Shown: piece after piece, positions 10,643 through 22,565 of the stretch | How positions within the stretch are numbered: position 1 is the first letter of the stretch | How the letters are laid out: each line of letters opens with the position of its first letter | Origin: an uncultured bacterium | Lineage (GTDB): Bacteria > Verrucomicrobiota > Verrucomicrobiia > Limisphaerales > UBA8199 | NCBI GenBank assembly: GCA_963749495.1 | Contig: CAVVMW010000024.1 | Span: 1 to 64,000, forward strand | Reading direction: 5' to 3' | DNA length: 64,000 bases | Translations under genes and position numbers: made by a program | Notes under the pieces: generated by a model | Database searches by the model: none | Told to the model about the DNA's origin: nothing | Seen by the model: the letters and a program-made list of their open reading frames with translations, nothing else

Positions 10643-12084
10643 AGAGCCGCCAGCAACTCTTGGCCTTGGCCCGCACGGCCCCAGCCCGGCTCGTCGAGTG
10701 GGCGCTGCGCCTGGCGGCCAGGCTGCGGCAAGTGTGTCGGCAACGGGATGCGCTACGCCGTCAAGTCAAAGAACTCCAAGCCCGCCTGGCCCTCAACAGC
10801 ACCAATAGCAGCAAACCGCCCAGCTCGGATGGATTGGCCAAACCGGCCCCCAAGTCCCTGCGCCAAAAAACCGGCCGCCGGCCCGGCGGCCAGCCCGGGC
10901 ATCCGGGCCGAACCCTCCAGCCCGTGCGCGAGCCGGATCACGTGCGCATGCATCGGCTCCAACGCTGTCCCTGCGGCGCTTGCCAGGGCCGGGACTTGCG
11001 CTCCGAGCCGGTCCTGGACTACGAGAAGCGCCAGGTCTTCGAGTTGCCCGAAAAGCCGCTGGAAGTGACCGAACACCGGGCCGAGATCAAACGCTGCCCC
11101 GTCTCCGGGCGGCGGGTCACCGCCACGTTCCCCGAGGGCGTCATCGCCCCGGCCCAATACGGCCCACCCTTCAAGGCCCAGATGGTCTATCTCAACGACC
11201 AGCACTTCATCCCGTATCAGCGGTTGACCCAAATCTGCCAAGACCTCTACGGCCAGCCCTTGAGCGAGGCGACCATCGCCTCGGCCAATCAACGGGCTTA
11301 CGAACACCTGGCCCCCTTCGAGCAAACGCTGGGGCAACAGTTGCCCCAAGCCCCGGTCAATCATTGCGATGAGAGCGGCCTGCGCGTGGCCAAGAGTTTG
11401 CACTGGCTTCACGTCGTCAGTAACGCCCACCTCACTTTCTACGGCGTCCATCCCAAGCGCGGCACCGAGGCGATGGATTACTTCGGCATCCTGCCCCGCT
11501 GCACCGGCTTCCTTATCCACGACCATTGGAAACCCTATTTCACCTACGACCAGTGCCTGCACGCCCTGTGCAACGAGCACCATCTGCGCGAACTCAAGTT
11601 CCTGTGGCAAGAACAGCACGAAGCCTGGGCCCAGCAGATGAGCGCCTTCCTGCTCGGCTGCCTGGAACGTCGCAAAAAGCACGGCGTGTTGGAGGAGTGG
11701 CAATTCAAGCGCCTGCGCCGCCAGTATCGCGCCATTGTCCAAGCGGGCCGCCGCCGCCATCCCCGCCAGCAGGGCAACCGGGCACAAAGCAAGGCTGCCA
11801 ACCTGCTGGATCGCCTGGAGGACTTCGAGTGGAGCGTGCTGGCCTTTACCGTCTTTGAGGAAGTCCCGTTCACCAACAACGGCGCCGAGCGCGACCTGCG
11901 CATGGAGAAGACCCGCCAAAAGGTCTCGGGCTGTTTCCGCACCCTGCACGGGGCCAGGGTCTTCGCGCGCATTCGCAGCTACATCTCCACCTGCCGCAAG
12001 CAGGGCCGCAACCTCCTTGACGCGCTGGAAAAGGCCGTCGCCGGCACCCCGTTCATCCCCTCAGCCCCTCCCAGAGGCCCGTAA
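10633..12084 (+). CDS. IS66-family DDE transposase
   Basis: NSTNSSKPPSSDG, PGGQPGHPG, Cys/His zinc ribbon, CDESG, HALCNEHHLREL and PFTNNGAERDLR motifs. Confidence 0.95.
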   Translation: MRLKSRQQLLALARTAPARLVEWALRLAARLRQVCRQRDALRRQVKELQARLALNSTNSSKPPSSDGLAKPAPKSLRQKTGRRPGGQPGHPGRTLQPVREPDHVRMHRLQRCPCGACQGRDLRSEPVLDYEKRQVFELPEKPLEVTEHRAEIKRCPVSGRRVTATFPEGVIAPAQYGPPFKAQMVYLNDQHFIPYQRLTQICQDLYGQPLSEATIASANQRAYEHLAPFEQTLGQQLPQAPVNHCDESGLRVAKSLHWLHVVSNAHLTFYGVHPKRGTEAMDYFGILPRCTGFLIHDHWKPYFTYDQCLHALCNEHHLRELKFLWQEQHEAWAQQMSAFLLGCLERRKKHGVLEEWQFKRLRRQYRAIVQAGRRRHPRQQGNRAQSKAANLLDRLEDFEWSVLAFTVFEEVPFTNNGAERDLRMEKTRQKVSGCFRTLHGARVFARIRSYISTCRKQGRNLLDALEKAVAGTPFIPSAPPRGP

Positions 12085-12337
12085 GACCTGAATAGTTACC
12101 ACATCCCAAACGGGCCATTCTGTCGTGACGGACGCCAGCCGGTCAGAGGACAGATCGTGTCCCGAAACCACCCCGTCCCTTCACTTTGTTTGGCACTTTG
12201 TCAAAAAAATGGCCAGATTTCGGCCTGGTGGAGGAGAAAGTGGAAGACAAAGTCCTGGAATCCGGGCCTTTGGGGACAAGCGCCAAATAATGCTCTTGAC
12301 GGAGCTTTGGGGAAGCCCCCGTCGCCCTTGGACACGG

Positions 12338-12886
12338 TCAGGGCCGCTCTCTGCCCTGGAGCTTTTTGAGGTCTTCGGCGAGGAACTGGGCGACCTCTTT
12401 GAACCTGGGGACGTTATCCGGATTGACCTGCATCAGGGTCTGGTGGGCTTCGAGGCACGCGCGGGTGAGCTCTTCGCGGCTGGGGTCGGCGTGGGCGGGG
12501 GCGGCTTCGGGCTGAGCGGGCGTTTGGAGCGAACCGTTGCGCAGCTTGAACAGGTGCAGGATGCCCAGGTTCTCGAGCAACTCGGTGATCCGGGCGTTGG
12601 GGTTGAGCAGTTCCACGGCGTGGTTGGGCTGCTGCTGCGGCGGCGGCGGCGGCTGCTGCGCCGGCCAGAGCTTGAGGCCGAAGCCGGCCAGCACTCCCAG
12701 GAACGTGCTGTCCATCAGCGCGCACTCCGAGAGGTCGAGCACGAAATACTTGTATCCCCGTTGCCGGAGTTCGCTTATCAATGTCTTGAAATCGACGCTC
12801 GAGGTGAAATTGGCCCACCCAACGATCTTGACGCAGGCGAAGTGCTCGCCCACGAACACTGACATTTTGGCTGGCGACACGCTCAT
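12338..12886 (-). CDS. STAS domain protein (anti-sigma factor antagonist)
   Basis: VLDLSECALMDSTFLGVL and LLENLGI motifs. Confidence 0.85.
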   Translation of the reverse strand: MSVSPAKMSVFVGEHFACVKIVGWANFTSSVDFKTLISELRQRGYKYFVLDLSECALMDSTFLGVLAGFGLKLWPAQQPPPPPQQQPNHAVELLNPNARITELLENLGILHLFKLRNGSLQTPAQPEAAPAHADPSREELTRACLEAHQTLMQVNPDNVPRFKEVAQFLAEDLKKLQGRERP

Positions 12887-12892
12887 GGCTGG

Positions 12893-14062
12893 CTAATTGG
12901 CGCGGGTTGGCGCGCGCGACGGGCCGGGGCCCCGGCCCTGTCCCACAATCTGCACCAGGACCTGCTGCAGCGCCAGGGCCTCATCGAGGCCGCTGGAGAC
13001 CAGGCGCTGGTTGCACCGCAGGAGCAGTTCCATGGCGCCAATCAACTCGGCCTGCGTGTAGTTCCTGACCTGGGGCAGGGCCTTGAAGAGGACATAGGGG
13101 TTAAGGGCCATTGGATTGAACCGGCGGTCCTGGGGCAACTGTTCGACCGGCACACGCTGGAGCTGGGCCTTGAAGCGGCTGAAATCGGCCGTATCCGGCT
13201 TGAGCCAGCCCTCGCGCAGCATCTCCCGGAGCAGAATCATAGCGCGGACCTTGGCGATGAGCCCATAGAGCAGGCCGATCTCGGATTTCTGGGGGTCGAG
13301 CTTGACCTCCCACAACTCCTCGTCCAGCCGGCGCAGCAGCCGCGGCAAATTCCGATCCCCCAGGGCATCGCCCAGGGCGAAGGCCCGAGCCGTCTTGTTC
13401 CGCGTGCAGACCGCGGCGACATCCTCCAACTGGATCTCCTGGCGCGGGCCGGCATAAAGCGCGACCTTCTCGATCTCGTTGTCCAACTGCCGCGCCGAGG
13501 GGCCGACGCGGCTGATGAGTTCACCCAGGGCCTCGTCGGAAATCTCCTTCTGCCGCTGGCGCAGCGCCTTGCGCGCCCACAACTCCGCCTGGTCGGCCCA
13601 GTCCCGGTCGTCCGCAGACCATCCGGCGAAGCCCTCGACCTTGCCGATCTTGTCCAGGGCTTTGTAAAAGACCTTGCGCTTATCGACCTTGAGGGCGCTG
13701 ATGAGCAGACGGACGTTCTGCCAGGAGAATTCCTTGAGTTCCTGCGCCAGCGAGGCCAGGCCCTCCGTCACCGGCCCGGCCAGCGCGACCTTCTCATCGC
13801 CCAGGAAATTGCAGTTCTTGAGCCAGACGACCTTGCCGCTGCCGAAGAAGGGGAGGGTCTGCAGGGCCTCGCGCAGGCGGGCCAGGACCTTGAGGGCCTC
13901 GCCGCTATGGGAGACGCTGCCATCGAGTGTCTCGTGGTCCATGCCGCCCACCTCCTCGGTCCACTCCAGATAGACCTCTTTGGCGCGCTGTTTGACGGCA
14001 AATTCGTCCTCGCCGCAGATCAGCACCACGGGGGCAGACTGCTTGACGACAGGTTGGGCCAT
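12893..14062 (-). CDS. holA: DNA polymerase III subunit delta
   Basis: LICGEDEF, QTLPFFG, EIEKVALY and AFALGDAL motifs; typical length. Confidence 0.85.
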   Translation of the reverse strand: MAQPVVKQSAPVVLICGEDEFAVKQRAKEVYLEWTEEVGGMDHETLDGSVSHSGEALKVLARLREALQTLPFFGSGKVVWLKNCNFLGDEKVALAGPVTEGLASLAQELKEFSWQNVRLLISALKVDKRKVFYKALDKIGKVEGFAGWSADDRDWADQAELWARKALRQRQKEISDEALGELISRVGPSARQLDNEIEKVALYAGPRQEIQLEDVAAVCTRNKTARAFALGDALGDRNLPRLLRRLDEELWEVKLDPQKSEIGLLYGLIAKVRAMILLREMLREGWLKPDTADFSRFKAQLQRVPVEQLPQDRRFNPMALNPYVLFKALPQVRNYTQAELIGAMELLLRCNQRLVSSGLDEALALQQVLVQIVGQGRGPGPSRAPTRAN

Positions 14063-14066
14063 TGGG

Positions 14067-14519
14067 CTACTCGGCCTCGCTGCCGTTCTCGTTAATGCGC
14101 TCGAGGACCTCGCTCATGTCCTCAACTTGCTCGAAGAGCGAGTGGGTGACGTAGATCGGCCGTTTCTGGGCGGTGGCCAGAGCAAGGCAATCGCTGGGGC
14201 GCGCATCGATCTCCACAATCTTGCGCGCCAGTTCGTTCTGCTGCTGCAGGATGAGCCGCGCAAAATAAGTCGAGTTCCGCAGTTCCGTGATCACCACCCG
14301 CTCGACCGTGATGCTGAAGCCCTTGAAGATGCTCTGAATAAGGTCGTGCGTCAGCGGACGCTCTTTGGGCGTCTCCCGGAGAAACATCCCGATGACCGCG
14401 CCCATGTTCGGCTCCACATTGATCACGAACACCTTCTCGTCATTCCCCACGAACAGGGCGCACCCGGCATTGGCGGGCAGGATCCCCCGGATCTGGACCG
14501 GCACGACATCGTTCTTCAT
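14067..14519 (-). CDS. Bifunctional nuclease family protein (DUF151)
   Basis: RPLTHDL, TYFARL and IDARPSDCLALA motifs. Confidence 0.9.
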   Translation of the reverse strand: MKNDVVPVQIRGILPANAGCALFVGNDEKVFVINVEPNMGAVIGMFLRETPKERPLTHDLIQSIFKGFSITVERVVITELRNSTYFARLILQQQNELARKIVEIDARPSDCLALATAQKRPIYVTHSLFEQVEDMSEVLERINENGSEAE

Positions 14520-14566
14520 ACCCTCAGTCTATTGCGCAAATTGGAAAAAACAAGCCCCCTCGCCGG

Positions 14567-14598
14567 AAAGGCTAAAGGCTAAAGGCTGAAGGCTAAAG
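14567..14598. repeat. 7-mer tandem array (AAGGCTA)n, left arm
   Basis: aaaggctaaaggctaaaggctgaaggctaaag; inverted partner at 14931-14968. Confidence 0.85.
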
Positions 14599-14665
14599 TA
14601 ACGAGAACACGACGTGAGGCCACACAACGCGTGCGGTTAAAACAGTGGGGCAGCCCACCGGGCCT

Positions 14666-14861
14666 TTTTGCCCCGAAGGGGCTGCCGACAATAGCCCGGC
14701 GTTTCAACGCCGGGTAAGCGGACCCAAGGAGCAGGTCCGTCCCGAAGGGACGGCTGAAAGCAAGGAGTGTTCTCAACCGTCCCTTCGGGACGAGGGTCCC
14801 TGTTGTGGCCTCCCCGGCGCTGAAGCGCCGGGCTATTGTCAGATGTCCCTCCGGGACAAAA
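14666..14861. repeat. REP/REPIN-like composite inverted element
   Basis: Nested palindromes GCCCCGAAGGGGC, ATAGCCCGGCGTTTCAACGCCGGG and CGTCCCGAAGGGACG, repeated in inverted order in the right half. Confidence 0.85.
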
Positions 14862-14945
14862 CTCCCGAGGCGCATGTCCGGCGCTTTTAATCGCACGCTT
14901 GAACAACCCCGCCCCCTCTCGATTCCAGCATTTAGCCTTTAGCCC

Positions 14946-18759
<3,814 letters not shown>

Positions 18760-18821
18760 GTCAAGTCCAATGCGCGCCCCGGCGCGGATGTCCAAACCCT
18801 CCGCCTGGAGCTTCGGGCGGT

Positions 18822-18850
18822 AAACTACTCTCAAGGAGGAGAGGTTGCAA
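18822..18850 (-). promoter_or_regulatory. Putative sigma70 promoter of metH
   Basis: TTGCAA-17 nt-TAGTTT on the minus strand. Confidence 0.5.
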
Positions 18851-18861
18851 GCGAAAAATCA

Positions 18862-18885
18862 ACATATCATGATATATAGATATGT
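18862..18885. promoter_or_regulatory. Palindromic operator upstream of metH (SahR-like)
   Basis: ACATATC-N10-GATATGT, an AT-rich palindrome in GC-rich DNA next to the -35 box. Confidence 0.6.
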
Positions 18886-18987
18886 CTGGCAAATCCCCGT
18901 GAACCCCTCTGACCCGGCTACGCCGGCCGACTCGCCCCCCCTCCCCCGCGCCGCGCTCCTGCAATGGACTTTGGATGACTTTAGTGT

Positions 18988-19067
18988 CTTTGTCGGAACC
19001 TTTGTCGGAACCTTTGTCGAATTTGGCCCGTTTTCGACAAAGGTTTCGACAAGGGCTCCGACAAAGG
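18988..19067. repeat. 12-nt-periodic inverted repeat: (CTTTGTCGnAAC)x3 / (CGACAAAGG)x3
   Basis: Read directly. Sister copy at 21150-21228, half copy at 1771-1806, degenerate copy at ~12182-12253. Confidence 0.85.
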
Positions 19068-19110
19068 TCCCGAATAGTCACTCAAAGTCCAGTGCGGTGC
19101 CGCGCCGCGC

Positions 19111-19557
19111 TCACGCCTTCTGCCGCCCACGCTGTTCCAACCGGTAGATGTAGCGGAGGACGTTGCCCGAGATGGCGGGCGGCTTGTGGGCCTGCTGCTC
19201 CCGGGCGCTCTCGGCCCGTTCGGCGCGGATGAGGGCTAACTCCCCGGCATCGAGCCAATAGCCGCCGCAGTTCGGGCATTGGTCCACCTCGACGCGGCGT
19301 TTGGCGCTGAAGAAGTGGCGATGGAGCTTGATGCCCTCGCAACGCGGGCATGGACGCTTGCGGGCCGGGTCCACGACAACGCGTTGGTCGCGCTGGATTT
19401 CGAGCAGCGGTTCCCCCGCCGCCTCGCTCTCCTCGTCCACTTGCTGCAGTTCGAAGGCATCGAACCAAATCCCCCCGCAGCCGCCCTGGCAGACATCCAC
19501 CTTGAGGCTGCCGACTTGCACCTCGGTCAAATCACGCGAACACGCTGGACATTTCAT
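19111..19557 (-). CDS. zf-TFIIB (double zinc-ribbon) domain protein
   Basis: MKCPAC..VDVCQGGCGGIWFDAFEL and CPRC..VDQCPNCGGYWLDAGEL. Confidence 0.85.
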   Translation of the reverse strand: MKCPACSRDLTEVQVGSLKVDVCQGGCGGIWFDAFELQQVDEESEAAGEPLLEIQRDQRVVVDPARKRPCPRCEGIKLHRHFFSAKRRVEVDQCPNCGGYWLDAGELALIRAERAESAREQQAHKPPAISGNVLRYIYRLEQRGRQKA

Positions 19558-19625
19558 TTCATGGACCGGATTTGCCGGTAACATACCCGATTCCACCCGC
19601 GCGTCTAGAGGAGAGTGCCGCGCTG

Positions 19626-19692
19626 GTTCTCTGCGTTCTCTGCGGTTGAAAAGAATTTCATTTAACCGCAAAGAAGGCAGAGAACGCAGAGA
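19626..19692. repeat. 9-nt-periodic inverted repeat at the 3' end of the GxxExxY gene
   Basis: gttctctgcgttctctgcggttgaaa ... tttaaccgcaaagaaggcagagaacgcagaga. Confidence 0.85.
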
Positions 19693-20104
19693 GAAAGGAC
19701 AGGAGTGGGCCGGCTGGCGGCTGAGCGGCGCGCGCGCTCCAGGCGAACTTGCGGATTTCGAATTTGTAGGAGCCAAAATTGATCAGGAGGCCGTGCTCCA
19801 GGCGAGCGGACTTCAAATAACCCAGGATTTGGGCTTCGTGTTCGTTCGCCAGGGCTTTGACCGCCTTCAACTCCACAACCAGTTCGCCCTCCACTAGCAG
19901 GTCGGCCAGGTAATCGCCAATGAGCGTGCCATCCTCATCATAGACCTTGATGGGGTGCTGCTGTTCCACTGCCAGGCCAGCCTTGCGGAGGCGGTGCGCC
20001 AAGGCGTTCTCGTACACCTTCTCCAGGTGCCCGTGCCCATGGTACACGTGAATGTCGTAAGCCGTCTGCCGCACCTGGTCGCCCAATGTCTTGATGTCCT
20101 TCAT
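19658..20104 (-). CDS. GxxExxY protein (PD-(D/E)XK-like nuclease)
   Basis: GHLEKVY, YLADLLVEGELVVELKAV, QILGYLK and GLLINFG motifs. Confidence 0.92.
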   Translation of the reverse strand: MKDIKTLGDQVRQTAYDIHVYHGHGHLEKVYENALAHRLRKAGLAVEQQHPIKVYDEDGTLIGDYLADLLVEGELVVELKAVKALANEHEAQILGYLKSARLEHGLLINFGSYKFEIRKFAWSARAAQPPAGPLLSFLSAFSAFFAVK

Positions 20105-20119
20105 AGTGGTTTCGGTCTA

Positions 20120-20200
20120 TTTAACCGCAAAGAACGCAGAGAACGCAAAGAGGAAACGGATTTCTCAGTTCTTTGCGATCTTTGCGTTCTTTGCGGTCAA
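20120..20200. repeat. 9-nt-periodic inverted repeat upstream of the GxxExxY gene
   Basis: tttaaccgcaaagaacgcagagaacgcaaaga-loop-ttctttgcgatctttgcgttctttgcggtcaaa. Confidence 0.85.
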
Positions 20201-20224
20201 AAAAATCCGTCTCAAGGTCCGGCC

Positions 20225-21034
20225 TCAGTTCTTCAACAGGAACTTCTGCACTCCTTCGAGGTCATCGGTGTTGATGAGATCAACGCCGTCGGCCAGCAAC
20301 TCGCTCCAGAAGACGGGCTGGTCGGGGGCGCCCCAGAAGCGGACGCGCCGGCCTTGTTGATGGGCCCGGGCGACGATGTTCTTGAGTTTGGCCCTCTCTG
20401 CCTCGGGCATGGGGCCGGCGCCGCGCCATTTGAAGGTGCGAGTCCAGTTGCTGCTGATCCAGGGAATGAGGCTGGCGGGCTCGGTGGAGTCCAGGTCCTC
20501 CAGGTCGCCGTCCAGGGCGGCGTAACGGACCGACTCCCCGGCGAACATCTCCTTGGAGCGATGGCCGGTGATGATGACGATAATGGCATTGGTTTCGCGG
20601 AGACCGTTGCGGAAAACGCTCAGCATGCCGGCATACTGCCTCAACACCTCCCGGAGCACGGGGTAAGTGGCCTTCCAATCGCCCTTGATTTCGACCAGGA
20701 GCGTGAATTCCGGGCCGCCGGGATAGACGCTGCCGCCATTGTTTTTCACGCGTTCGCGCAATGGGTCCAGATAAAGGGCCTGGAGTGTCCGCCCCGGTTT
20801 GACCAGGTGGCGATCATGGGCGACCAGGAGCCGGTCCTGGACCAGATGGATGTCGGCCTCGACACTGCAGAAGCCGCGGTCCAGCGCGTCGAACAACGGC
20901 CGCGGGTGCTCGTAATCGTTGTGCGCGTGAACACGGGTCAATGGGGTCGGCTGCCCGGGGGCGCGCGCTGGCAGGCCCAGGAGCATGGCGCCAAGGGCAA
21001 GGGCGAGGACGATGCTGGAGTTAGGATGCATCAT
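20225..21034 (-). CDS. Secreted PI-PLC/GDPD-like phosphodiesterase
   Basis: Signal peptide; HAHNDY, SVEADI, LVAHD, LYLDPL, VRFW and DLINTDDL motifs. Confidence 0.85.
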   Translation of the reverse strand: MMHPNSSIVLALALGAMLLGLPARAPGQPTPLTRVHAHNDYEHPRPLFDALDRGFCSVEADIHLVQDRLLVAHDRHLVKPGRTLQALYLDPLRERVKNNGGSVYPGGPEFTLLVEIKGDWKATYPVLREVLRQYAGMLSVFRNGLRETNAIIVIITGHRSKEMFAGESVRYAALDGDLEDLDSTEPASLIPWISSNWTRTFKWRGAGPMPEAERAKLKNIVARAHQQGRRVRFWGAPDQPVFWSELLADGVDLINTDDLEGVQKFLLKN

Positions 21035-21149
21035 GCTTCGGATTCTCCGCGGCCCCCGCAGTTCCCAAGAGCGGCTGGCAAAACTAAACGGTTCGGTGCA
21101 ACAAGGCACTGGGCGCAGCGCCTCTTTCCACGAGCGCCGCGAGCCCGGA

Positions 21150-21228
21150 CCCTTGTCGCAGCCTTTGTCGCAACCTTTGTCGGGTCGGCCATGCCTCGAC
21201 AAAGGTTGCGACAAAGGTTGCGACAAAG
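21150..21228. repeat. 12-nt-periodic inverted repeat (CTTTGTCG family)
   Basis: Three direct units followed by three inverted units. Confidence 0.85.
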
Positions 21229-21245
21229 CAGGCCACAAAGCCGCC

Positions 21246-22565
21246 CTAAGGTTTTGGCCGATTCCGGTACTTATCATAGAGTCGTGTGTGGCGGCTTTCG
21301 AGGCTGACTTCACGGCCGGCGAGCCACAGTCGTTTCACGTTGGAGCGGATGTCGAGGATGTTGCCATCGGCGGAGAAGAGGGTGGCGTCTTTGCCGGGCT
21401 CGATCGAGCCCAACCGTTCGGCCACGCCGATGAACTGCGCCGGGTAGAGGGTCAGGCCCTTGAGCGCCTCGTCTTCGGGCAGGCCGAAGGCGACGGCCTT
21501 GGCCGCCGCATAAGGCAGGTCGCGAAGCAGCGGGGCGTTGAAGGGATCCAGGCCCAGGCTGAAGGCCACCTTCACACCGGCCTGGCGCAGCACCTCGGGC
21601 GCGCGGAAATTAGCGTCATAGCCTTCGGTGTCGCGCGCGGGCTGATGAAAGATGTGCCCATAGACGACCGGGATTCGTTGCTCGGCCAGGAGCGAGGCGG
21701 CCATCCAGGCGTCGCGTCCGCCGGCGAGGATGATCTTGCAGTTGTTGGTGGCGGCCCAATGGACGGCGGCCTTGATCTGCCGGATTTCCTCGGCATGGAC
21801 CATGATGGGGAGTTGGCCGCGCACGAAGGGCAGCATGGCTTCCCAGGCGGGGACGGGGTCCGGGGCGGGGGCTTTGCCGCGGGCGGCGGCGTCCTTGGCC
21901 TTGGCGTAGGCCCTGGCCTCGTCGAAGAAATCGACCGTCGCCTGCAACCGGGCGCGGCGCTCCCTGGCCTGGTCGTCGAGCGACTTGCCCCGGGCGCGCC
22001 CCCGCTCTCTAGGACTGGTATCCAGTTCCATAACCGGCCAGAACAGGTCGAGGGCCGCCGGCCCCTTGATGGTCCGCTGCTCGGTCGTCCAGCCATCCAC
22101 CGCCACAAGCCCCGACTGGCCCGCCACCACGCCTCCCTGGGGCACGGGTTGGAAACAGGCGATCCCGTTGGCGCGCGCCACCGGAATCAGCTCCGAATCC
22201 GGATTGACCGCAATCCACGACTCGACGTCCGGCGTGAACTCGCCGACTTCCGTCGCGTCCATCGTCGCCCGGACCCCGCTGATCTCAGTCAGGCCCAGCG
22301 ATGTGTTCAAGGCAATCATCCCCGGGTAGAGATGCTGGCCCGAGAGATCGACCGTCTCCGCATCCTCGGCCGGGACTGTTTTGCCAACCGCCGCAACCTT
22401 CCCGTCGCGCACGAGGACCTGGCCCGGGCAGAGCGTTTCGCCGGAGATCGTGTGGACGGCCGCGCCGGTCAACAGGAGCGGTCTGGCCGGCCCGCCCAGG
22501 GCCGTGAGAGCCAAAAAGAATGCCGCCAGGAGAACCAGGGCGTTAAATTCGGATTTCATTTTCAT
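21246..22565 (-). CDS. Amidohydrolase-family protein (lacks HxH)
   Basis: Signal peptide; LYPGMI, ALKGLTLYPA and GSIEPGKDA motifs. Confidence 0.85.
   Translation of the reverse strand: MKMKSEFNALVLLAAFFLALTALGGPARPLLLTGAAVHTISGETLCPGQVLVRDGKVAAVGKTVPAEDAETVDLSGQHLYPGMIALNTSLGLTEISGVRATMDATEVGEFTPDVESWIAVNPDSELIPVARANGIACFQPVPQGGVVAGQSGLVAVDGWTTEQRTIKGPAALDLFWPVMELDTSPRERGRARGKSLDDQARERRARLQATVDFFDEARAYAKAKDAAARGKAPAPDPVPAWEAMLPFVRGQLPIMVHAEEIRQIKAAVHWAATNNCKIILAGGRDAWMAASLLAEQRIPVVYGHIFHQPARDTEGYDANFRAPEVLRQAGVKVAFSLGLDPFNAPLLRDLPYAAAKAVAFGLPEDEALKGLTLYPAQFIGVAERLGSIEPGKDATLFSADGNILDIRSNVKRLWLAGREVSLESRHTRLYDKYRNRPKP

Larger units (their letters stand above)
9640..12099 (+). mobile_element. 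Complete IS66-family element (single-transposase type) with a DUF4338 passenger gene
   Basis: Perfect 16-bp terminal IRs GTAACTATTCAGGTCT (9640-9655 and 12084-12099); 8-bp target duplication CACATCCC (9632-9639 and 12100-12107). Confidence 0.95.

Noticed and set aside
12626..12662. Gln/Pro trinucleotide run in the STAS gene as a phase-variation tract
   Set aside because: It is an in-frame low-complexity linker, and unit changes would not shift the frame.
18760..18960. SAM or cobalamin riboswitch upstream of metH
   Set aside because: No recognisable conserved core by eye; an Rfam scan would be decisive.
18988..21228. Periodic repeats as CRISPR arrays
   Set aside because: Units are 6-15 nt with no unique spacers, and there are no cas genes.
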